A stretch of DNA of 64,000 nucleotides from a virus: the IMG/VR virus record IMGVR_UViG_3300028377_000004, positions 32,001 through 96,000 of that record; one strand, 5' to 3'. The position numbers were made by a program, and so were the translations under genes. Position 1 is the first letter of the stretch; each line of letters starts with the position of its first letter. The notes beneath the pieces are model-generated. The model worked only from the letters and a program-made list of their open reading frames with translations, had not been told where the DNA came from and did not search any database. Positions 1 through 8,746 of this stretch are shown here, in pieces.

Positions 1-1323
1 TACTCGGTTGAGGCAGCTGTCAGACCTGCCCTAGTCGCAAGGGAAGGACATGTTCTGGTAGCTATCGACTATAGTGGTCTTGAACTTAGGGTTGCAGCTA
101 ACCTATCAAAAGAACCCGCATGGATTAAGGAATTCAATGAGGGAGATGGAGATCTTCACGCCCTAACTGCCCGTCTTATTTATGGCGATGACATTATGGA
201 CCTACCTGCTTCAGAGTTCAAATTGCTTAGACAGAACGCTAAGGGTGTGAATTTCAGTGTTATTTACGGTGGCGGTGGTAATGCCATTGCAAGAGCTTCT
301 GGCGTAGACGTGAACGAAGGTTGGGAATATCTCAACAAAATGATGAGTGGTCTGCCTGTTTTCGCTTCGTGGACAAAGAAAATCATTAGCGATGCTCACA
401 AAAATAGAGAGGTTACTACTGCCATTGGACGAAGAATACGATTGGCAGAAATCAATTCTTCGGAAAAATGGATCCGTGCAAAACAGGAAAGGAACTCGGT
501 CAATGGCATTGTACAGGGAACCGCTACAGGGGACCTTATTAAATATGCAATGGGAGCTGTTTACCGAACTCTTAAAGAAAGAGGTCAGTTAGACGTGTGC
601 AGAATGATGTTGACTATTCACGATGAGCTTGTCTTTGAAATTAGGCAGGACAAACTTGATGAGTTATTACCTGTAATTGATATTTGCATGACTGAATTTG
701 CAGATAAAATGAAATGGCCGGTCAAGCTTGATACTGACGTAGAATTTGGTAGAGACTGGTCCGTAAGACACGACTGGGGAGCTATTCACTCCATCGATCC
801 CGAAACCGGATTGGCTAAAGCTGAGACTCCTAGATATCTAGTACCTAGTATTAAAATGTTCACAGGAATGTGGTATAAAGATGATGAGGGGAATAAAGCT
901 ATCTGGGATGGTCAAGCCTTTGTAAATGAAAAAAACTACGAAAAAGAGGAAGTAACCATGAATCTCCAAAGCGAAGATCCTACTAAGGGAGCTGAAGGGG
1001 TAGAAAGTAGAGATGACGACACCGAAGATGATGAGGATAGTTCTAAGAAAGAAAAGGAGACGAAAAGAGACCTTCTTAATCTTCCTGTCTACACTTATAA
1101 AATTCGGGTTCCTCTAAATGGAGAAGACAACGCACTTTCTTATACTCTCAGAGTAAGAAGGATTAAGGATATTTCCATGGCCCTTGCGAAAACTGGACGT
1201 GTTAAACCCACGCACCTTCTCTGTATTGAAGATACACAGGGCAAAAAATTGATATTGCCGGAAGATCGTATTACTATAGATCCTAAAATCTTTGAGATGT
1301 TCGCTCTCTACGAAGGGATCTAA
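1..1323 (+). CDS. polA: DNA polymerase family A, C-terminal part (5'-partial; frame open from base 1)
   Basis: Frame 1 is open from position 1. It contains motif A (AIDYSGLELRV), motif B (RQNAKGVNFSVIYG) and motif C (LTIHDELVFE), followed by a non-canonical C-terminal extension. Confidence 0.95.
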   Translation, partial: YSVEAAVRPALVAREGHVLVAIDYSGLELRVAANLSKEPAWIKEFNEGDGDLHALTARLIYGDDIMDLPASEFKLLRQNAKGVNFSVIYGGGGNAIARASGVDVNEGWEYLNKMMSGLPVFASWTKKIISDAHKNREVTTAIGRRIRLAEINSSEKWIRAKQERNSVNGIVQGTATGDLIKYAMGAVYRTLKERGQLDVCRMMLTIHDELVFEIRQDKLDELLPVIDICMTEFADKMKWPVKLDTDVEFGRDWSVRHDWGAIHSIDPETGLAKAETPRYLVPSIKMFTGMWYKDDEGNKAIWDGQAFVNEKNYEKEEVTMNLQSEDPTKGAEGVESRDDDTEDDEDSSKKEKETKRDLLNLPVYTYKIRVPLNGEDNALSYTLRVRRIKDISMALAKTGRVKPTHLLCIEDTQGKKLILPEDRITIDPKIFEMFALYEGI

Positions 1324-1364
1324 CGATAATTTATCTTTAGAAATGGTCTTTATAAGATCATTCA

Positions 1365-1394
1365 AAGCCGGATGTTCTTAGGAATGTCCGGCTT
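1365..1394 (+). terminator. Stem-loop after polA, possible intrinsic terminator
   Basis: aagccgga...tccggctt inverted repeat, extendable with G-U pairs, followed by atttatttt. Confidence 0.5.
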
Positions 1395-1417
1395 ATTTAT
1401 TTTGAGGAATTTCCTTT

Positions 1418-2164
1418 ATGTCAAAACAAAAAGGTCAAAGAGATTTTCTAACCACTTGCATGAACTCCATGAACGTGGACGGGACTGTCCAGGACTTTCA
1501 ACAGGCGTTTTGTTCGGTATGTGTCAACCCAGAGTGTACCCGTTCTAGATGGGCGGATTCACAGTGGATTAAGAGGATGTTAGAGCAGGAAAAAGTGCTT
1601 AACAACCCTACTATTATAGACCCCTCTGGAAACTCAGAGTTTCAGAAAATAGCAAGTCAGGATTTCATTAGCATCTCAGACGAAGATATCTCATTTTATG
1701 GGGGGTGGGTAGACGTAAAAGAAAATGGAAAAGTTGTTCACCATGCAGAACCTGAAACTGAAAATAAATCGTCAAATAAGGTTGAACAAAGTCTTTCCTC
1801 CCTTAAGAAAGATACGGAACCTACTCCCGAAGAAAGCGATAGTGACCCAGAAGAAACTGAAATTCATGAGGAGATAATTGAAGAAGAAATTCCCTCACAA
1901 TTTCAACAACCACAGGAACCCAAAGATCCTAAACCTCAGAAGAAAAAAACTCGGCGCAAAAAGAATCACAAAAATACGCCCAAACCTCAAGGTGGAGTGA
2001 CGTTAGACCCTTCCAATCAATCTCCTTTTCAGCAACGAAATAGTACCGCTAATAAACCCTCTCTAGTGACCAAAGAAGATCCGTGGGCAGCGCCGAAACC
2101 CGAAAGGAAAGGAAAACTTAAAGTTCGTATTAACGACGGTAAGGTTGTTGAGGGAGAAGATTAA
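1418..2164 (+). CDS. Hypothetical protein with N-terminal Cys cluster and acidic/Pro-rich C-terminus
   Basis: 248-aa ORF with gagga RBS; C..FCSVCVNPEC motif. Confidence 0.8.
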   Translation: MSKQKGQRDFLTTCMNSMNVDGTVQDFQQAFCSVCVNPECTRSRWADSQWIKRMLEQEKVLNNPTIIDPSGNSEFQKIASQDFISISDEDISFYGGWVDVKENGKVVHHAEPETENKSSNKVEQSLSSLKKDTEPTPEESDSDPEETEIHEEIIEEEIPSQFQQPQEPKDPKPQKKKTRRKKNHKNTPKPQGGVTLDPSNQSPFQQRNSTANKPSLVTKEDPWAAPKPERKGKLKVRINDGKVVEGED

Positions 2165-2166
2165 TT

Positions 2167-2198
2167 TTGTAAAATGGATAAGACCAGGGTATATAGAG
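2167..2198 (+). promoter_or_regulatory. Conserved sigma70-like phage promoter, copy 1 (TTGTAA-N17-TATATA, core CCAGGGTATATAGAG)
   Basis: ttgtaa at 2167-2172 and tatata at 2190-2195; identical 15-nt core in four intergenic positions. Confidence 0.8.
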
Positions 2199-2242
2199 GG
2201 AAGAATGAGCACTATAACGAATTCATACCAAGGAAAGAGATC

Positions 2243-2464
2243 ATGACTACCCTCGAATTTGCAAACAAGTTTCGTGATACCCAAGAAAGAAAAGAAGTCC
2301 CTAATACAGTATTTGACTGTATTAAAGATACTCATATCAGACAGTACCATGCGGGAAAAGGCATGAGAGAGGTCCTGAGAGGGCTCCAGAGACGGAACCT
2401 TAGTCAAATGAGGCTAGGGGCTACTGTCTTACACGAAGTCTATAGGGAGACGAATCAGAACTGA
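2243..2464 (+). CDS. Small hypothetical protein (start moved to MTTLEF)
   Basis: The track start at 2174 lies inside the promoter; the in-frame ATG at 2243 follows an aggaaagag purine-rich RBS. Confidence 0.65.
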   Translation: MTTLEFANKFRDTQERKEVPNTVFDCIKDTHIRQYHAGKGMREVLRGLQRRNLSQMRLGATVLHEVYRETNQN

Positions 2465-2478
2465 TTAGAACGGAAAAC

Positions 2479-2524
2479 AAAAAACCCCTCACCGATCTTT
2501 AAATAGATTAGTGAGGGGTTTTTT
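2479..2524. terminator. Bidirectional intrinsic terminator
   Basis: aaaaacccctcac ... gtgaggggttttt between convergent genes. Confidence 0.85.
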
Positions 2525-2542
2525 AATGAAGACTATGAATTT

Positions 2543-3514
2543 TTAATCCTTGTTGGGATCATCATCAAATACATCATAGAACAACTGTGAAATTTTTCCA
2601 CGCTCGTTTTTAACAAGGTCAATATGCGCAGTGTAAGGAGAATTCAAAAAGTGAGGGCTAGTTACCAATTTGTGGATACCAGTTCTATTTCGTTGAATAT
2701 TTCGATCTCTCTGTCCCAAGTCACCGGAAAGAACCAATTTCGATCCTCCCGTATCATCAAGACGAGAACCTAAGGTAAGCATCTCAAAATGATTTAGATT
2801 TTGAGCTTCGTCATACCAACATACACAATCTCTAAGAGACGCACCTCTCATTAACTCTAGAGGCATGAACTCGATGATTTTCTTGTCCATCATCGTCTTG
2901 ATATAAGCAGACCCATCCTGGCCACCTGCCATATTTTCAAATAGAATGGTATAAGATTTAAGGAAAGGACCAAATTTATCCCCCTCATCTCCAGGGACTG
3001 TACCCCAGTAACGAGATTTAGTTACAATTTCCAAGGGTTTAGAAAGGATCAATTTTTTAATCCCACCTTGACCTGTAACCTGCTCCAGAGAGTAACTACC
3101 AATAACGGTAGTTTTCCCCGTTCCCGCAGGACCCGTAATGACTAAACAACGGATCTCAGGATCGTCCAGTAAATTTTGAAGTAAAATTTGTTCTTTATTT
3201 CTACCACTGACTCCAAACCATTTTAATTTTGTGTTCGCTCTAATTATTTTGCTGGGCTCCTTTGCGACGACTGCTAATACAGACTGTTGTCCTGATTTCA
3301 AAACAAGCGGCTGATTTGGATAAATATCCATTTCTTTAGGAGTATCAATAACTCCGCTGCTATGGAGAGTATCAATCATGGAAGAAGGCACTTCATAAAC
3401 TCGAAGGGCTTTTCCGAAAGGCTTATTTTGCGAAATGTCTTTGATCAGGCTACTCAAGGTTAACCTCGTTAGGGCTGAAGGAAACGAAAAACATGAAGGG
3501 CATCTTTGCCACAC
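2543..3514 (-). CDS. phoH: PhoH-family ATPase
   Basis: Walker A GPAGTGKT, RGASL, DEAQN and LVLSGDLGQRD motifs. Confidence 0.9.
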   Translation of the reverse strand: MWQRCPSCFSFPSALTRLTLSSLIKDISQNKPFGKALRVYEVPSSMIDTLHSSGVIDTPKEMDIYPNQPLVLKSGQQSVLAVVAKEPSKIIRANTKLKWFGVSGRNKEQILLQNLLDDPEIRCLVITGPAGTGKTTVIGSYSLEQVTGQGGIKKLILSKPLEIVTKSRYWGTVPGDEGDKFGPFLKSYTILFENMAGGQDGSAYIKTMMDKKIIEFMPLELMRGASLRDCVCWYDEAQNLNHFEMLTLGSRLDDTGGSKLVLSGDLGQRDRNIQRNRTGIHKLVTSPHFLNSPYTAHIDLVKNERGKISQLFYDVFDDDPNKD

Positions 3515-3622
3515 TAAATATTTATAGAAGGTTTAAAACGTAATTATTTATCTATTATCCCTGAAATTGACTCATTGCCGTTGATCGTTCTTTTAATGTG
3601 AAACTTTTTGAGGAGATCCTAA

Positions 3623-4405
3623 ATGGGCGACCTGAAAACCATACCTTTCCAATCTTTTCAAATACTGAGAGATTGGAGAAAGTCTGAAGAGGCCAATACC
3701 TATACCGACGAATGGCTTGACAAGATTTTGGTTCCTGGATTTGAGTATTATTTCAAATCCAGTAAATCCCCAGTCATTAGCGTTTTTGATCATGTAGATC
3801 CCAGTGAAAAACCCCTTTATGTGGACATCCATGTTGAACTCCGAAGTAAAGATGGGAAAATTCACCAACCCTGGCTTCTGACTTTCATTTGTCCTAAAGG
3901 TGTTCTTGAAGAGAACCAGAAGTATTCTCATAGCTCCGGTAAAATCGAAACTATTGATCTCCCTACTTTGAACACTCCTTTCCCTTATCAGGATATTCTT
4001 TGGGAGTGTGATCATTTTACCCCTGACGAAATCGTAAAAATGATGACCGCCTGGTCGGATCAGGTATGGCCGGATTTTAATCCAACTTTCCGGTATGGTT
4101 TGGCTAGCGATGAAGAATTTCAATGGATTCGCAATCTCTTTTCTCAAATAGATAAGGAAAACCTTCCCAATGATGAGGTCACATTTATAGAACAAATTTC
4201 CAACTCTGAATTATTCATCATTGGATCAAAAGAAAATCTAGGGGAGGATCTTTTAGGATGGTTAGAAGAGAAAGGATATCCCACAATTCCTACGGGAGAT
4301 GGAGATGAGATAGCTATTATGATTCCCCCCGATCTAAGGGAAATTATACTTGAGAAATGGCCCGATCTTAATTTTCGACCTGCTTTTCAGTTAGATTATG
4401 ATTAA
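3623..4405 (+). CDS. Hypothetical protein
   Basis: 260-aa ORF with gaggag RBS; no motif recognised. Confidence 0.75.
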   Translation: MGDLKTIPFQSFQILRDWRKSEEANTYTDEWLDKILVPGFEYYFKSSKSPVISVFDHVDPSEKPLYVDIHVELRSKDGKIHQPWLLTFICPKGVLEENQKYSHSSGKIETIDLPTLNTPFPYQDILWECDHFTPDEIVKMMTAWSDQVWPDFNPTFRYGLASDEEFQWIRNLFSQIDKENLPNDEVTFIEQISNSELFIIGSKENLGEDLLGWLEEKGYPTIPTGDGDEIAIMIPPDLREIILEKWPDLNFRPAFQLDYD

Positions 4406-4420
4406 TATGGAGATACGCCC

Positions 4421-4951
4421 ATGATAGATGAAAAAAGAATTAAAACCCTGAGCCTCAAAAGTATTGAGGATCTGTTGCATCTTTTAGAAAATGATCCAAG
4501 TTTAGAGTTATTTGCAGCATTACACCGGCTCTGTTTACGATATTCTTCCGATCCAGATCAAGATGATGCTTCCAGTTTTTTCTTTAGGCTCTCTGTATTT
4601 GATGAGTCTTTATTGGGACCTCAATATCAAACCCAATTAGAAATACTTCGATCCGTTTCTGCTCATGCACGGATTTACGATACCTATAATTATAGAGCTA
4701 CCCAGAAAAGACTTGCAGAAAAATTTGCCAAAGATTCGGGAATGTTACAACTCCTTCAATTCCTTTCCGCATCGGGTTCAACTCGCGCTAAAGAGCTTCA
4801 AGAAAAACTAGGAACTCTTCCAGGGTTTGAACGTATTATAAAGAGGTGCCTTGACAACAAGTTGATACATGTGTATGAATCAAGTGTCTTACCTGATCTG
4901 ATCTCTATCACTCATAAAGGTCGTAGGGTATTGACCCATTTGGGAAAGTAA
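4421..4951 (+). CDS. Hypothetical protein with probable C-terminal winged helix (MarR-like)
   Basis: ggag RBS; ...RAKELQEKLG...IIKRCLDNKLIHV...ISITHKGRRVL fits a wHTH pattern. Confidence 0.55.
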   Translation: MIDEKRIKTLSLKSIEDLLHLLENDPSLELFAALHRLCLRYSSDPDQDDASSFFFRLSVFDESLLGPQYQTQLEILRSVSAHARIYDTYNYRATQKRLAEKFAKDSGMLQLLQFLSASGSTRAKELQEKLGTLPGFERIIKRCLDNKLIHVYESSVLPDLISITHKGRRVLTHLGK

Positions 4952-5034
4952 TTTGAATATTTTATCATTACTGCCCATTTCTTAGAAGAGAGGATGGTCC
5001 TCTATCAAATTTTACTCAAAGGAAAGTTGTAAAT

Positions 5035-5280
5035 ATGTCGAAAGAAGAACCTATTGAAATGACCGGAATCGTCCAACAATCTCTACCCAATGCTACCTTC
5101 CTGGTGGAGCTAGATAATGGGTTGGAGGTAATGTGTCATATTTCCGGCAAAATTAGAAAAAATAATATCCGTATTTTGATCCAAGACACGGTCACTGTCG
5201 AGATGAGTCCCTATGACTTGTCGAAAGGTAGAATCACGTATCGTGGCAAGAAAGACCAGAATAATGGCGATAACGAATGA
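5035..5280 (+). CDS. infA: Translation initiation factor IF-1
   Basis: [11 protein letters not shown]...[45 protein letters not shown] is the canonical IF-1 pattern. Confidence 0.97.
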   Translation: MSKEEPIEMTGIVQQSLPNATFLVELDNGLEVMCHISGKIRKNNIRILIQDTVTVEMSPYDLSKGRITYRGKKDQNNGDNE

Positions 5281-5618
5281 AAGCCAAAATAGTGAAAACA
5301 GAACTGGATCTACTTCTACCGCAATTTGATTGGGAGATCATAGTAGACGACGCAGATTTCGTTTCGGTGAGGGGAAATGCCCCAGGTCTTCAAGTCAGGC
5401 CCGAAATTATGTGGTCGCCCAGAACTACACGCCCTGAGGATGGAGTTTATTTAGTAGGGTATGAACCTGAAGACAAAGACCCTTATCATTCAAAACATTT
5501 GGGACATGCTGCTAATCTGGACGATGCAATTGAATTGCTCAAAACGTCTTTGAGGGATCGGTTATACTATCTAAAAGATGAAATCCAAATTTGCCATGAT
5601 ATTCTTTCTCGATTGTAA
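5277..5618 (+). CDS. Hypothetical protein
   Basis: ATGA overlap with the infA stop. Confidence 0.7.
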   Translation: MKAKIVKTELDLLLPQFDWEIIVDDADFVSVRGNAPGLQVRPEIMWSPRTTRPEDGVYLVGYEPEDKDPYHSKHLGHAANLDDAIELLKTSLRDRLYYLKDEIQICHDILSRL

Positions 5619-5640
5619 TTCTGTAATGCAGTAGGTAGTA

Positions 5641-6153
5641 ATGTTTAATAAAGAAGCAATTTCAGCAACCTCCACAATGGCTGCTATAAAACCCCCCTCT
5701 GACATTATCGCGCCTTTGAAGACGCATTTTTCAGAGGATGTATGGAAAGCGGGTCCTCATGTCACTTTGGCTTATCTAGGAAAGACCAATAAAGGACAGT
5801 TCATAGATATTGCTATGTGCCTCAATAAGATAATGAAAGACCTAAGACCAATTGAATTGGGAATTGAAGGGGCAGGATGTTTTAGAGGAGAAGACTGCAA
5901 AGTTAGGTTGGCTCTGGTAAATGGAGTTGGACTAGATATTTGGGCCTTAGCAGTTAGGTCTGCTCTCAAAAAAGAAGGCTTGCTCCCGCCTATTGAACAT
6001 GGTTTCCTTCCTCACATGACGTTAGCCTATGAAGATGGTATAATGCCCGAAAATTGGGAGAAGCCTATTATTGCAGTTGACCAGAAATGGACCTGCTCTC
6101 AAATTATTTTGAGTCGGGGTCTGGAATCTAAAATGGTATATGATATCATATAA
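5641..6153 (+). CDS. 2H phosphoesterase (LigT/ThpR 2'-5' RNA ligase-like)
   Basis: Two HxT motifs: PHVTLAYLG and PHMTLAY. Confidence 0.88.
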   Translation: MFNKEAISATSTMAAIKPPSDIIAPLKTHFSEDVWKAGPHVTLAYLGKTNKGQFIDIAMCLNKIMKDLRPIELGIEGAGCFRGEDCKVRLALVNGVGLDIWALAVRSALKKEGLLPPIEHGFLPHMTLAYEDGIMPENWEKPIIAVDQKWTCSQIILSRGLESKMVYDII

Positions 6154-6928
6154 CTTTCAAAGAAAGAATTTTCATCTTTGAAGGATCTTCTCTCAGGTCT
6201 ACCTCATTAAAACTCTCTACGTTCTCTTTAATACAGTGGACATAGAGAGTTTTTTCATTTGGACTCAATACAAACTGGGAAGAAGTTTTCATTTTATCGG
6301 TATGCCGTACCATATTATGAGGATTTTTCTTTTCGAAAACGGAGTCGTTGACCGCCTCTATAACGTTAGCAGCACTTTGTACTCCTTCTAATTTATCAAG
6401 TGCCAACGTCATTCTTATCTTAGAAGATAAAAGATCTTCTCCTTTCGTATATCCCGCGTCCTTATGATATATACCGTGATTGGTTCGTACATGAAGGACA
6501 TTTGGATCTAGCTCTTTTATGATGGGAGTGTGTTTAGAAGTGGTTTCTATCGCAAAAATTCCAGTAGGAGTAGCTACAAAAGTATGGCCTTTTACTCCGC
6601 CCTTAAAATTAAGAAGAGACTCGATCACTTCGTCTTTATTGTCAAACCTGAGAGCGCGAAGGATACGTGCCCCGTCCTTTGACTTTTTTCCTTTCTTCGA
6701 TTTCTTCTTTTCTTTTTCATCTCGTCCAACCATCAGCGCAGAATTTACGATACAAATTCCGGCCTCGTTCATGCCCTCAATCCATTCGGTGAGCGCATCC
6801 GCAACTACTAAACATTCCATACCTCCTAATTCCAATTTACAAGACTTCAGATGTACTTTATAATTTCGGTCCCTATTCTTTAATAAGAGTGGCCCTTTCT
6901 CTGTGGGAATGCAAGCAATAATACACAT
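6146..6928 (-). CDS. Ntn-hydrolase (Cys nucleophile; NRDE/peptidase C45-like)
   Basis: Likely start MCIIAC at 6928, then KNRDR and GMNEAGICIVNSAL. The longer track start runs over the divergent promoter. Confidence 0.7.
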   Translation of the reverse strand: MCIIACIPTEKGPLLLKNRDRNYKVHLKSCKLELGGMECLVVADALTEWIEGMNEAGICIVNSALMVGRDEKEKKKSKKGKKSKDGARILRALRFDNKDEVIESLLNFKGGVKGHTFVATPTGIFAIETTSKHTPIIKELDPNVLHVRTNHGIYHKDAGYTKGEDLLSSKIRMTLALDKLEGVQSAANVIEAVNDSVFEKKNPHNMVRHTDKMKTSSQFVLSPNEKTLYVHCIKENVESFNEVDLREDPSKMKILSLKVI

Positions 6929-6984
6929 AGATAATATCCTAAGAAAGAGTGAGGTTACGCTATAATAAAAAACAAAAAGAAAAT

Positions 6985-7016
6985 TTGTAATTTCATGAAG
7001 ACCAGGGTATATAGAG
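6985..7016 (+). promoter_or_regulatory. Conserved phage promoter, copy 2
   Basis: ttgtaa 6985-6990, 17-nt spacer, tatata 7008-7013; core ccagggtatatagag. Confidence 0.8.
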
Positions 7017-7040
7017 TGTAAGATCACAAAGGAGAACCTA

Positions 7041-7274
7041 ATGATGGCCAATGATTTCGAGGAAAGAAAAGAGGAACGCAAAGAATATTTCTACCGCTAT
7101 ATCTATGGCTGGAAAGAACGGAAATGTTCCGCCTGCTCGGGTTCCGGATATTATGATAGCGGGGGAAGTCCTAAATGTGGGGCTTGCGAAGGGACAGGAA
7201 AAGAGGTATATCAAACCGAAGAAGGCAAGAAGAAGATGATCGAAATGGGATATGAACCTAAAAAAAAGGATTAG
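7041..7274 (+). CDS. Small DnaJ-type zinc-finger protein
   Basis: CSACSGSG and CGACEGTG (CxxCxGxG) repeats; ggag RBS. Confidence 0.75.
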   Translation: MMANDFEERKEERKEYFYRYIYGWKERKCSACSGSGYYDSGGSPKCGACEGTGKEVYQTEEGKKKMIEMGYEPKKKD

Positions 7275-7279
7275 CCACC

Positions 7280-7729
7280 ATGTATGACCACAGAGACTAT
7301 GCCGATATCAATTTAGAACCCTATGTCGATAGTAAGGACGAAGAGCAAATGATTCTTGTTCTCAAACTAGAGGACTATGAAGACGAAGAAGGCAACTACT
7401 TTGAGGAAGCTACCCAAACTTTCCCTCTCAAGTATGAAGTCTGTCCAACCTGTGAAGGTAGGGGAAAGCACGTCAACCCAAATGTAGATCGGAATGGAAT
7501 CACCGCTTCCGAAATGCATGAGATGGGTCCTGAGTTCCAAGAGGACTATTTTTCGGGACTCTATGATGTTACCTGCTCTGGATGCTGTGGGAAAAGAGTA
7601 CTCACGGCAGTAGATGATAGACGACTGGATGAAAGTCAAAAGCATTTCCTCAAAGCAGTCAATTCTGAGATCGAAGCGGACCATGAGTTCCGAAGCGTCG
7701 AACGCGCAGAACGTCGAATGGGATACTAA
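7280..7729 (+). CDS. Hypothetical protein with DnaJ-like CxxC motifs
   Basis: CPTCEGRG and CSGCCGKR. Confidence 0.75.
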   Translation: MYDHRDYADINLEPYVDSKDEEQMILVLKLEDYEDEEGNYFEEATQTFPLKYEVCPTCEGRGKHVNPNVDRNGITASEMHEMGPEFQEDYFSGLYDVTCSGCCGKRVLTAVDDRRLDESQKHFLKAVNSEIEADHEFRSVERAERRMGY

Positions 7730-7792
7730 TTTACCATCCTCCCAAACTCTAGTTGTATTGGGAGGATGGTTGAGGGTTAAAAAGGAAAAGCT

Positions 7793-7981
7793 ATGAATTT
7801 GGTAATCGTGTGCATCCTATTATTCGTTCTACTATTTGGGTCTGATATTTCTCAGAGCAAATCGTTGAGAGAATTCTTTTGGATAACAATTCATAACGTT
7901 ATAGCTCATCCAATGGTATGTTTTCAGAAGGAATGTACATTCCGTTTTCATGCTTGGAGCGCTACCAAAATGGATTGCTGA
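7793..7981 (+). CDS. Small putative membrane protein
   Basis: Hydrophobic N-terminus; agga RBS. Confidence 0.55.
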   Translation: MNLVIVCILLFVLLFGSDISQSKSLREFFWITIHNVIAHPMVCFQKECTFRFHAWSATKMDC

Positions 7982-7988
7982 ATTAATT

Positions 7989-8020
7989 TTGTAATTTCTA
8001 AAAGTCCAGGGTATATAGAG
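7989..8020 (+). promoter_or_regulatory. Conserved phage promoter, copy 3
   Basis: ttgtaa 7989-7994, 17-nt spacer, tatata 8012-8017; core ccagggtatatagag. Confidence 0.8.
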
Positions 8021-8058
8021 TGTAAGAGAAACACTTAACCCCTGAAAAGGAAGATATC

Positions 8059-8658
8059 ATGAGCTATGAAAATGCAAAATCGACGAAACTGGTAGCAACC
8101 CACTGTGCAGCTTGTGGTCGTCCTCTAGTAGACGCCTCGTCGGTAGAAGCTGGCATAGGTCCAATTTGTAGAAAGAAGTATCAGTATGAAGACGCCCTTC
8201 CCATTACGGATGAAGTCGAGTCGAAAGTTAAAGCTACTCTTTCCTCGGTTCCTGATCAAGACCTTCAGGGTAAAATCGGAGAAGCAGTGAACAAGGATGA
8301 CTCTCGACGGGCAGCGAACCTTTTAGTCCATCACATAGCACACCACCAGAAAGGTCCTGAGAGTATGGGAGCTATTCGACTGATTCGTGCCTTCGGATAT
8401 AATGTCCTTGCAGACCGGATCGAAGATCGCTTGAAACCTCAGATTCGGGTGAAAATAGAAGAAGGTCGTATCATCGTAGATAGTCCCTATAATGAAACCT
8501 TCGTATCGGCAATCAGAGAAATTGAGGGTCGTAAGTTTGATTTTGAGACGAAGACTTGGAATGTTCCTGTAGCGCAAAAAAGAACCTTATGGGATGCCCT
8601 TCGTGCTGGATATGAGGGTGAAGTCGCCCAAGGCCCTAAAGGTCCTTTTGTCCTCTGA
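8059..8658 (+). CDS. DUF6011-like Zn-binding protein with C-terminal HARP-like domain
   Basis: HCAACGRPL...S...GIGPIC motif; C-terminal PYNE.FV..IR.I.GRKFD...KTW.VP pattern. Confidence 0.6.
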   Translation: MSYENAKSTKLVATHCAACGRPLVDASSVEAGIGPICRKKYQYEDALPITDEVESKVKATLSSVPDQDLQGKIGEAVNKDDSRRAANLLVHHIAHHQKGPESMGAIRLIRAFGYNVLADRIEDRLKPQIRVKIEEGRIIVDSPYNETFVSAIREIEGRKFDFETKTWNVPVAQKRTLWDALRAGYEGEVAQGPKGPFVL

Positions 8659-8746
8659 GGAGAAGAGAATACTTGGGATATACTATACCTTGACTTCAGG
8701 TACATTAATAAGGTAAAAGTAGTTCTCTAATTGTTTTGTTGTAGAA

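Noticed and set aside
1-1323. Intein or intron in the DNA polymerase
   Set aside because: Motifs A, B and C are normally spaced, with no splice-junction motifs in the visible part.
3593-4195. 200-aa minus-strand ORF
   Set aside because: Antisense shadow of 3623-4405, which has a clear RBS and fits the operon direction.
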